A DNA stretch of 64,000 bases. Source: Elsinoe ampelina (taxonomy: Eukaryota). The DNA is taken from contig ML992517.1 of NCBI GenBank assembly GCA_010093995.1, forward strand, positions 76,677 to 140,676, read 5' to 3'. Below the pieces are notes generated by a model. The model saw nothing but the letters and a program-made list of their open reading frames with translations, made no database searches and was not told where the DNA came from. A program made the translations under genes and the position numbers. Position 1 is the stretch's first letter, and the number at the start of each line of letters is the position of its first letter. Positions 48,535 through 59,400 of the stretch are shown piece by piece.

Positions 48535-49082
48535 CTACCCCTCCTCCTCGAGGTCCCCAACCACCTCATCAAGCTCCCGCTCAAACCTCCTTGCATCGGG
48601 CAACCCATCCAGACTCCAGCTCCCAATCAACCCCGGCCGGATCCCGTACTCTGTGAATCTATGGTCTCTTCCCAGACCATCCACCCAGGTACAGTAGACC
48701 TCCAACTTCCCAGCATCCAGATCAACCACGTAAGCATACTCACAGAACTTGCTCCCGACAAAGTCCGGGTCGTGGTACAGCTCGATCTCCTCTGTTGCGT
48801 TGGCGACGTCCCACAAGACTGATGCGCTTTCGTGGTGGTCGTCGTACTCGTCCAAGTAGCGGATCTTGGGCAGGTTGGCGATGAGGTTCTGGATGTTGCG
48901 AGCACTGCGGCAGAAATCGAGGACTCGTAGGCCGACAGTGGAGTAATCTCCTGATGTTGATGTCAGTTGAGTGTCAATTTGCTAGATGGAGGGGGTGAGA
49001 GGAGCTTGCCGTCGTGTCCGCCGTATTGGGCGATTACATAGGCGCCTTTGTAGTAGACGAGAATGAGGTGTCGGGTGCCCAT
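48535..49082 (-). CDS. Uncharacterised protein, tandem paralogue B (exons 49082-49010, 48950-48535; 162 aa)
   Basis: MGTRHLILVYYKGAYVIAQYGGHDG DYSTVGLRVLDF...FCEYAYVVDLDAGKLEVY...GSWSLDGLPD; requires GC-AG intron 48951-49009 (GCAAGC..ACTGAC..CAG). Confidence 0.8.
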
Positions 49083-50327
49083 GATGCGCTGAGGATTCAA
49101 AATCACAACAGTCTGATGTGTTTTGGACTCTGGACTGTCGCTGATGACCAACCGCTTCTTTATATGAACAGCCTCCGACGGGTGATGCAGGGACCCCTGA
49201 CCTCAGGCAGCAAGCACTTCAAGTGTGTGGCCTGCTTTTTACGATCCGTTTTCAGCGACATGCGCAGCGAGCATGTGACCTCCGACGAGGTCTTTGGCAA
49301 AATCACCCAGGTAGCTGGAGCCTCTAGCACTTCATCAACGCAAGGGATGATCTGGCGCCTGGAGAAGCTGCCTGGATGGGCGGCGATGACGGAGCCCAGC
49401 GATCTACCGTACCTGTGCTCAATATCGACCATTACAATATGACGGTTCCAGGCCCCGCCAGTCCCAGCTTCGAAATACGACTCCCACCATATACCGGAAT
49501 AGGTCATACATTAAGAAGGCTCACACCACATGATCGACTCGAATCTTGGGCTGAATGCACCTCAATAATCTTAGAATGACGGAAAACGCACTCCGATTGA
49601 TGTAGAGCACAGTTTCAGATCCCCGAGCTCATTGAGCATAGCTCTTCAACATCTGGAGACGGCACTCGACAAGTGAAGAAATCTTCGTTACTGTAGGTAA
49701 AGGCTCGGTCTTGGCCACAAGGAGCTCCGCCGCAGGACAGCGGTACTGAAAGGCCACTGTCCGACGGCCATCAAACGACATCTTGTCTGTATGGTCTTGA
49801 TACGGAAGGGGTCTTCTCTATCAGAAGCCTTCGATGGTGGTGAATTTGAATGGCGACTGACGTCAGTCTACGTCTCGGATCCTCACAGTCCGGCGCGAGC
49901 TGGTTCTGCATCGTGTAATTGTCTTCAACCATCTTCTGCCACCAAGATGCAGCTCGACATCGCAGCAGCGACGGAGGCCCCTTCACACAATATCATCTGA
50001 GAGTGTTTGGGTAGACATGCGAGTGGATGACGACGAGCTGCCGCGTATGAGACTATCACCGTCAGATCCACAGCTCCAGGCATGCTCATCGTTGACCAGG
50101 CCACGATGTATTTTGGACTAAGCCCAATTCTCTGCAGTTGAGCAAAGGAACATGTCATCTTGTCGGTGTGCAATGACTAAAGTATCGATATTCTTCCCTT
50201 GTCTGAATACCGATGACAACGCACGCTGCAGCTTCAGCATTGCCGCGATACTGGAGAAGCACTACAATTACGCTCTTGTTTCAATACACATCTCGTGTAA
50301 CATTCTCTTACACCACAGTGATTCAGG

Positions 50328-51108
50328 TCACTCTTTTGCTTCTGTGGCGTTAGGAAGCTCCACGTCGGCCTCCCATGTTCGGCGCTTCCCACCGTTGCTC
50401 GAGGTCTCGTCACTGTCATCTTCCGTCAAGTCGACATCAGTCATACGTCCAAGCTCCTCAAGGAAGGTGTCCTGGTCCGGCAGATCATTCAAGTCCCATT
50501 TTCCGATAAGCACAAGCTTAGCCCCAATCTCATCGAACCGATTACTTGGAATCTCCTTTTCAGGGTTGTCGCCCCATACTTCGAGTACCCCCTCGTCCAA
50601 ATCCACCAGGTAGGCCCATTCACAAAGATGTCTTGTAAGATTATCGAATTCGTCCAGAACGGGTACATTGTCGGTGGCGTCCGCAACTAGAGCAAGTATC
50701 TCCGCCCCCGTGTCGAGCGCAAGGGACGGGCATAGGCTGAGGTATGGTCGCACCAGATCTTCTTGAACGGTTTCCATTTCTCCCACGGTCAGTTTGTGGT
50801 AACTCGGATCCTCAAACTTCTTCCGGGCTGCATCTGTCGTCTGCTCGAGAAGATCGTCAATGGCTTGCAGCTCTAATGCATCCGGTAGATAAAGCTTGTC
50901 GAGCCCAGCGACGAGCTTAGGCAAGTTGCTAGGATCGCTGAAGAACCTCAGCACTACTACACCTTGTCCTTCTGGATAGCCCTGGTTGCATTTCAGAAGT
51001 GGTCATCTAGCAGGGTGTAGAGCGCGAGCAAATTACATCCCACTGGCAGTACTTTGCAATCTTATACTCGCCCTTGTAGTATACCAAGATTAAAGTAGCC
51101 GTACCCAT
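50328..51108 (-). CDS. Uncharacterised protein, tandem paralogue C (exons 51108-51037, 50981-50328; 241 aa)
   Basis: MGTATLILVYYKGEYKIAKYCQWD|GYPEGQG...CPSLALDTGAEIL...LCEWAYLVDLD; intron 50982-51036 GTAATT..CAG. Confidence 0.85.
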
Positions 51109-52997
51109 CGCTTTGGAACGACGAGCTTCTGGGAAAGAATTCGTGGCCAAGAGGTTCGTTATTATGGTCTGAAGGGGAAGGTGTGGCTGTGTCTTCCTGG
51201 CCGACATTGTGACTGAAATGCCGACGATTGGACACGACTTTGATGACGAGGATGGCTTGAGGGACGCTGACTGTCAGGAATACAAGTGCTGGATGTCAAA
51301 TATCTTACAGATCGGGTAAGCACAAATCGCCAAGCTCATGCTATCCAGCACCATCCCTCCGGTCACTGAGGAAAATTGTGCGAGGCATCTGCGCAGCAGC
51401 TCTATCCATCCTTTTCGTCATGCGACCTAGTCCAGCTCCTTCTCGGCTCTCGTATTTGCATGGTCGGCAGTGCATCAAGACCTGAATCTCCAATCAGAAC
51501 TGGCCGATTGCGCTATTCCTCAACCATTTCCCTGACCGTGACACGTCCAATCGCCATGGGAGCCGAGAATCACCTGTCTCTTGACAGTAAGACCATGCCA
51601 CAGGTATCGCTTCGTTGCGCAATGGTCACCATGCTCACACAGGCAACTAACCTACTCCGGACGGTCTGATTTCCGGGGTAACTTTATGCTCGCGAGAGAA
51701 GCGAGTCACTACACAAGCGAACCACGACGTGACCTACTTGGAAGTCGCCCCGTGGCCTGGATTTCCGGGTCGGAATGTACGATTGTTGGGAAAAGGATTG
51801 CCGCCGTGACTACCTCCCCGAGAGGTCATGCGGGCGTCTTGACTCAAGACGAGCAAGCGAGGGTGGACAAGTCCCTAATGGTACAATCAGGGCCCGGCAT
51901 CCACCGGCCCATGGTACAATCTTGACACGAACGACAACCGTTTCAGGGTCCTGGTTGACGCAAGACAAGAGAGTCGCTCTGCACGCACGTGGCCATCGGC
52001 AATTGCGTTGCGGGAAATTTGACCTGTGACATTGTGTCTGTCCAAGCTACATGCAAATTAGGGTGTTTCGAGACCTTCCTACCAATTACCAATTCTGGAA
52101 TAACGTCTGAGTGCGCAACCGGACACGTCATCGCTGGGATCATCGAAACAGGCGCAGAGCTGGAAACGATGGTCTGCTGGGTCGTCGCTGCAGAGTACAT
52201 AGTGCTGGTCACGATTATGGCTGTTTTGGCTGTTTTGGCTGCCTGCCTGCTGTTCATGGTCGACTTGCTCGTCTCGACGCCTGCTACTAGTTGGAAGACC
52301 TGTTGACTCGGACGTCCGTTCAGACGTTGTCTTGACTTTCTCCAGATGATTGATTGGTATCATGCTATCTGGTGAGTCTTCTGCCATTTTGGGAGTGTCA
52401 TCCATGAAGGTCGCTTCTCTCTCCTGACTTCGACTGCGTCGCCTGGGAGGAGGCGATGGAGTTTTGGGCCTCCTTTGGTTGCCTCTGAGTTGGGTTGGAT
52501 GCGTGATTTGTTTCTCGTCCATATTGGTGAGCGTTGCGAATCTACGCGACGGCTGACGGGAGCAGTGACGGCGTTGTCAAATTTGTATCGAGACGTGAGA
52601 CGATATTGTATTCTGGTCTGATGGTAGACTGGATGAGAAGTCGTGTTCGCTTCCTGGCCTCCTTTAAGGTTTGATGCCTTCCATATTGACGGCCGAGATA
52701 TCATGCCACCTGTCTCGCACGGACCATAGAAGTTGTCACGCCACGGGGCGACGCGTCTTCTTCCTGGGTGGGGATGGAATATTGCAAACGCGAATGTCAG
52801 CCCTGCTGACTGGAACAAGGAAGAGTGACCATACCAACACAGATGGATTTGCAATCACGTCGCACGATAGCGTAATAGCAGGGATGGTGGCATGAAAAAT
52901 ACTAGACCTTGATGTTTCTTCAAAGTCGCTGGTCGGAATGGGTCCTAAGAATGACGAGTCTGGTGTCAGTCCTCGAGGCAGTATTGATGCTCTTTGT

Positions 52998-53625
52998 TCA
53001 CGCTAGATGAAGCGATTCGGTGGGCCTCTTTCCACGTCGCTGTCCTGCCGAATCTTCTTTCAAATTCCGATGACAGAGTGGACATGTGCGATTGCCCTGA
53101 TCAATCCAAGGATCTAGACAAGCCCGGTGATAGACATGGCAACACCCGAGCCCCCACACCTCGTCATCCCTCTGGACCTCGTCGAGGCAAATTGCACTGT
53201 GGATAGTCAGCCACATTGCCCGGCCGTCACGGGTGAAGACCAGGAATTACCATATCGGCGCATCAAAGTCAGTATCCCCTTCTGGTGTGGTGGCGACTTG
53301 ATGGTCTCGCCACTGGTCATATGATTCCCATCCCTTGTTCAAGACCTGCTTGCGTTGTGCAAAGTTACGCTTCCGCCTGCGCTTGAGTTCTGACTCGCCC
53401 GCCCACGAGCTGTTTGGAAAACGTCAGCAGTCTGTCTGACCGTACCTGAGGGGCTGGGATCATGACTTGCATGGCAAACAGTAGTAGCATCAGTGCCAGG
53501 GCCACCGGTACCATGACCAGCCCGATGGCCCTTGTGTTGAATTTGGTCGATGCCGTCGCGGCGGCTGTAGCATTGGTGGCGGGGGCAATGCTATTGTCGC
53601 GGAGGACGAACTTGTAAGTTGCCAT
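52998..53625 (-). CDS. Small TM + RING-H2 protein, putative E3 ubiquitin ligase (exons 53625-53471, 53409-53251, 53196-52998; 170 aa)
   Basis: TM segment AIGLVMVPVALALMLLLFAI, basic patch KRRRKR, RING-H2 CAICLDEV..LGCCHVYHRACLDPW..TCPLC; introns 53410-53470 (GCAAGT..CAG, GC-AG) and 53197-53250 (GTAATT..CAG). Confidence 0.8.
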
Positions 53626-54776
53626 TTTGTGATGAGCCGAGTTCCGGGATTGTCAAGACTTGTAGGACCGTGACGGAGTGCTTGGTCACTAAGGTCGATA
53701 AGATGAGTCTGCAGTCTACGTCTTGGTACCAGTGTTTAACACATGTGGTGGTACATGAGAGGTGCCAGGTAGGGTCGCTCGATTAATTTGGATCCATACC
53801 AAGCCACATCAGGGGTACCATCACGCCACTGCTTGTGGTGTGATTCGTGTCAGATGACAAAGCACCTTGACGGGAAAATCCGTCTTTCTGACAGGTCGCA
53901 AACCAGAAATTGAAAAGCGAGTGGAATGCCCGTGGGGATGAAGCAGCCAGCACGCCTCCTGCAGGGGACGATAGCCACGGACGTGCAACAGGCAGCATGT
54001 TACCACTGTCACAGCCATCTACAATTATGGAGACAACACAATGCGGACTTGGCGAACTTATCGCTAGAGACAAGCGAGGAGTCGCGGGGAGTCCAGAGGA
54101 CCAGAGCGATGTCAGCGAGAGTGAGCTGAGAGCCAGAGGCGAACGTGTGCGTGAATGGCTCGCATTGACGGAATTGTTTCCTGCTCTTTTCAGGTCGACG
54201 GATGCTGGAGGTGAGCTAGCTTCCTTGTTCTCGCAATTCAGGTCGTACTGGTCAGCTCGGGCTCAGCTGGCTCCTAACATTCTCACCGACAGCAGATGAA
54301 GATGAGAGAAGATTGCCTGAGGCTGACGTGTATCAACAGTTGGACAACAAGTTCGACCAGCGACATCATGGCGATTACCTTCGATCCGCGAGCTGGGCCT
54401 CGATCGTTTTGGTACTCGTAGCAAGGGCAACGGAAGCGACGCTGTTGCACCAGGGCAACTGGCAGTCGGCGTGAGCGGTCACGGAGGCATGACATGGCAC
54501 GAGAGTCGACGTCCCGAGTGCATCTTCTGCAAGTGCCTTTGCCCCTGCGGCGTCTGCGACGCCGTCCTTCCAGAGGGGCCCTGGCGCGTGCTCGATGCGC
54601 ACGAAGACGCAGAATTGCAGATACGAGAAGCAAATGAGCGGCGGATGAGGTGAGGCATCGTGGTCTTTTTTTTTTTGGAGTGTTGTGCTATGGTGGGCTG
54701 CAGCCACGTCTGTGGTCGGAGCATCGGCGGAGCTGCCTCGGACATGACACGGCTTCATATGTCAACCGAGGTATAA

Positions 54777-56426
54777 CCTCCGAGAGTGCGAGTTTCTTCG
54801 GTCTTGGCGTTGTTTACCTCCTTATCCACCCCATCACACGTAACTCTATATAGTTATCACTCCATCAATAACGTGTTGTTGAAGCTTAAACGATCATAGG
54901 ACGTGGCAAAGACCTCTCTTTATAGCTCTATTAAACTATAATTGCTTATTACTTTAATCTTAGCCTCTCTATCTTAGAGGTAGAAGAGCTCCTTAGGATC
55001 TATAAGAACACCCTCTAAAGCCTATTTTCTAAGGTTTTAAAGGCTGCTAAGAGTAGTGAATTACATGAATTAATAGAGTATATAAAGAATAAAGACCTAT
55101 AAGGCCTAAAACTACTTATTGCGCTAGGCTTAGCTAAGTCTTTTATAGTTTAAAACACTATCTAGCTAAATAGTAGCTAGGATCTAGTCGTCTCCGCTAA
55201 CTAGATAAACAAGTATAAAGTACTCTAAGAACTTAATATAAACATTCTAAAGCTTTATAAGAAGTAGGTCTTTAATATTAAAGACTATCTAGATTATTAC
55301 GTCGGCGACCTAGAGAGTAATAAGCCTATTAGTCGCAATTACAAGATTAGAAAGCCTAGTTAGTATTCTCTAGAGCATCGACTCGAATATACCGAGGACA
55401 ATAGTAAGCTTTATAGATATATTAAAGAACGAGCTATTCTTATTATCTATAATAAAAAGAAGTAGACCTTTAGTAGCATAGCTAATAAACGAGTCTCTAT
55501 ACCTTAAGGAGTAACTCTAATTAGAATAGAAATCTTACTAAACTTTATATATAAGTAATAAGCTACTATAAGTACTTAAAATTACTCTATACTATAGCCT
55601 TATATCGTGTAGAACTTTAACAATATTAAGTAGTATAATCTAAAGAGCAAACTAGCTATTATTAACGCTATAAACCGCCGGCTTATAGATAAGAAGCACT
55701 AGCGAGCTATCTACGATAAGGACTTAGAGGAGTACTAGTAGCTAGAGGCTCTTTAACGCTGTATCTATAAAGTTAATAAGAGCAATACTAAAGCTAGTTT
55801 TAAGCACAAGACTTATAAGAAAGAGCTAGAATAGCTATTTAAATACAACAACTTTAAGACTAAAGTACATAAACTTAATAGCCTCTAGTATACCTTTAAA
55901 GTCTATAATAAGCTACTCTTTCCTTATATAGAGTAGCTTAAAGGCTCTAACTCTAACCGCCGCGTAGTAGTAATTAAAGACAATAGCACTGTTTATTATA
56001 AGGCTTAAAAGATTATAGCCTACTATATTAAGGAGCTTAGTATCGAATTTAGTAGTTATCTAGCCTTTTTACTAGATTTAAATCCTTATAAAACACTTTA
56101 CTATAAACAAAAGAAGCCTCTTAAAGCCTTTATGTTTATAGTTCGTAATTAGAAGAAGGCTATAAGGTTAAAGGCTAATATAAGACTTAAAGCTATTTAG
56201 AAAGTAAAGGAGTTTAATTAAAAGGTAAAGAAGTACTATAGTTTAGTAGCTTTTAAGAAGCTAAGAAAGAAGTATAGAGATATATAAGGTTACAATAATT
56301 ACTCTAAATAAGAATAACACCTTTAAGTTTAAAATTGATAGAATAATTAAGCCTTAAAGTAATAAGATAGTTAGTAATAAGACTCTATAAAGCTACTAAG
56401 ACTAAAGAAACTTACACTCTCGGAGG
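54777..56426 (+). mobile_element. RIP-inactivated Tc1/IS630-like DNA transposon, 1650 bp
   Basis: 31-bp TIRs CCTCCGAGAGTGCGAGTTTCTTCGGTCTTGG (54777) and the RIP-mutated inverse ending at 56426; relic transposase motifs VI(E)DN.TV(HH)KA at ~55970-56005 and (HP)AF(SP)DLNP.(E) at ~56057-56092; many TAA/TAG stops. Confidence 0.85.
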
Positions 56427-59400
56427 AAGCTAAAGCGCTAAGAAGGACCCTAATTTAGTTTATTCCCTAGTAGAACTAAACACTTATCTACTACTCTACT
56501 AATTTATAATTAAATTAGATAGTTATTGTCTTAATCTGTTATTATTTAGAAGTTCTATTAATTTAGTTATCTCTTAGTTTATTAGGTTAAGTATTTATAT
56601 AGTTATAATCTACCTTAGTTTAGTAGATTAGGCAGTAATAATTTATAAATCTCTTTCTCCCTATATATAAGCTAATAGTTATAAGCCCGGTATAACTACC
56701 CCTATATAAGTATATTACTTAGTTGCTTTCCTACTCGATCTATTAGTTAATTCTCTATTATTTTACTTTTTAAGTGTTAGAATCTATTAAGAACTATCTT
56801 AATTATAACTATAAGATTTAAGTATTAATAAAGAGATAAACAACTATAGATACTAACACTTTAATAGCTAGAATATCTATTATTCTTGCTATATTAGCTA
56901 AATAGGCTAGCTAGCTATATATTATTAAGATAAGAGCTTTAAATACTAAGATATAGAACCTTATTAATCCCTAGAAGACTATTAAGCTAGAGGAGCTCCC
57001 TAAGCCTTAGAGGCTAAAGGTAGCAAATATTAACTTCTTAGTACTCTTCTAGATATATAAGGAGGAATAAGCATAGTATAACAAACAATATAAGGCCTTA
57101 GCTAATTTAGCTAGCCTTATTTAGTTATTAATTGCACTATAAGTTCTTACTATTATTTAGCTAGAAGAAGATTCTTATCTATAGGCTATTCTTTAAGCTT
57201 TAAAGAACAAATTTGCTTTATCTAATATAGCTATTTAGCTTAAGGTTAAAGCACTCTAGAGGAAGTAGCTATCTAGTTCTTCCTTATAGAATATAGACTA
57301 TTAGCTTTAGTAATAGGAAGAGGTTATAGATAAGGCTAGGAATTATAATCTACTAGAAGCTTAAGGCTTAAGGCTATAGAGAGACTTCTTACTCTCTATC
57401 TCTAAAACTAAACTAGCTTTTACTAATAAGTACCTTATTAATCTAGATTTACTAACTCTACTAACTATACTTAAACTAATTACTAAATTTAGATAGTTCT
57501 ATAAGCTTTATAAGCTATATAACACTATAAAGACTAGTAAGGGAGCTATAGCCTTCTCTATAGCTACTAAGAATATTCTTTATAAGAAACCTAGTTCTAT
57601 TAGGAAGCCTAAGTATATATATTAAGGCCGGCATAAGTAGAGCAAGTACTATTACTTAAATAAGTATATAAGGCTAGATAGATAAATACTAAACTAGTAG
57701 ACTATAAAGGAGGTTAGACAAAAGCTAAATAATAAGATACTTAAGAAGAGAATTAATACTATTCTTACTAAAGAACGTTACGAAATCCCTAACGCTAGAG
57801 AGCTACGTTAGACTACTTCTAAGTAACTAACTTAGTTTAACTTAGTTTAATGTAATTCCCTAGTTACCTCTAGGTTCTACTTAGAAGTAATATAGTTTTT
57901 CCCTATAGAAATCTAAAAACCCCTAATACGTAGTAAATAGAGACGGTCTAATAGTAGATAGCGTACTACGTATATCTCTTATCTTAGTTTAAGCATTTCT
58001 TAGTTCGTAAAGTAATTAGTTTATGTCTACTCTATAAGCTTAATAATATTAATTATAGAAATATTCTATTACGTAGCTTACCTCGTAGTATATATTATAT
58101 ATGTCTATATATTATATAGACCTTATAATTCGTTTACTACGTCTAGAAAATTATACAAGGTTACTAGAATATATATATTGCTTTACGTTCTACCTAACGC
58201 TACTCTTAATAACGATATATATACTATCTTCTTATAATTCTATATCTTTATCCCTTAGTTCTATAAAAGTATCTCTATCTAGTAGATGTCTGTCCTTCTT
58301 AATGTCTAAGATACTACTGCTGTGCTTTAGGCCGATTCGGTACTATAAGACTAGTTTACGTAGTAGGCCTTTAAACTTCTTATATATAAAGGACAAAAAG
58401 TTTATCTACGTCTATGTACCTAAGAAATCCTTCTACTATGCCTCGACTACTAGTAAATCACTATTAAGTTATCTATCTTAGGACAGTATAGTACACGTAT
58501 AATTAAGTAGCCTAGGTAGATGTTACTATTAAGTCTATTAATCCTTATATGTACTAACTATAACCTAACTTAGTTTAGTAGTAGTTAAAGTTAGAATAAG
58601 GTTACTATCTATATTAGGTATCTACGCCGGCTATGCTTCTATTGTAGGAGTTACTATAGGGCAATTTAGTACTTCGCTCCTATATATAAACTAAGTAGTA
58701 CCTTAATGTACTATAATAGGGCATTCGGCCTTAATTAGACACTCTTCTTGATCTATTAGTATTAAACTTAAGAAGCTAATAGAAGAATTAAGCTTACCTC
58801 TTAAAAGGTGCTTAGTAGAAGTATTTCGTACTAGTGCTATATAATAGCTATTACCCCCGCTATTAGGCCTATTATTATATACCTAACTTCTCTATAAGTT
58901 AGTTCGAAGTTAGGTAGGCTAAACTAAAACGAGAAGGTATATATACACCTTTCCCTTATATCCTCTTTATCTAATAGTCTCTCTATAGTGTTAGTGTAAA
59001 GAGATATATTTAATACTACTACTACAATAGTAAGTCTATTTCTCTCGATGTACTTAGCAAAGCTAAGTTTTAGCTAACAAAGAATAAGAACCTATCTCGG
59101 GCTAATCTACGCTAGAAAGTTATTCTAAATACTTAGTTAGACATAATTAAGTTCTAAAGGTTCTATACGTTTAAATACTAGCGTTCCCTTAGGTAAGTAG
59201 GACTTAACCCTATCTACTTACTTAACTAAGAGTATATAAATTATTACTAGGAGAGAAGAAATAAGAAAGAGTATTAGTTCGTTAAAGTAATAGCAAGTGC
59301 TAGCTATTATAGCTAAGCCTATATGTCTAATAAAGGCTACTCGGAAGGCTTTATATATTAAAGAACTCCTAAAGCATTTACGCTACTATATATAAGTAAT

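Noticed and set aside
49160..50300. Short ORFs between paralogues B and C
   Set aside because: No family motif or consistent exon structure found; could be a decayed gene but unsupported.
51376..52900. Minus-strand ORFs 52079-52522 and 51943-52257
   Set aside because: Low-complexity, no recognisable domain and no clean splice model joining them.
53265..53290. Apparent frameshift in the RING-H2 gene
   Set aside because: Careful re-reading gives CCA GAA GGG GAT ACT in frame; the gene is intact with the GC-AG model.
58101..58481. 126-aa ORF inside the AT-rich block
   Set aside because: Ile/Leu/Tyr/Ser-rich composition typical of chance ORFs in RIP-mutated DNA.
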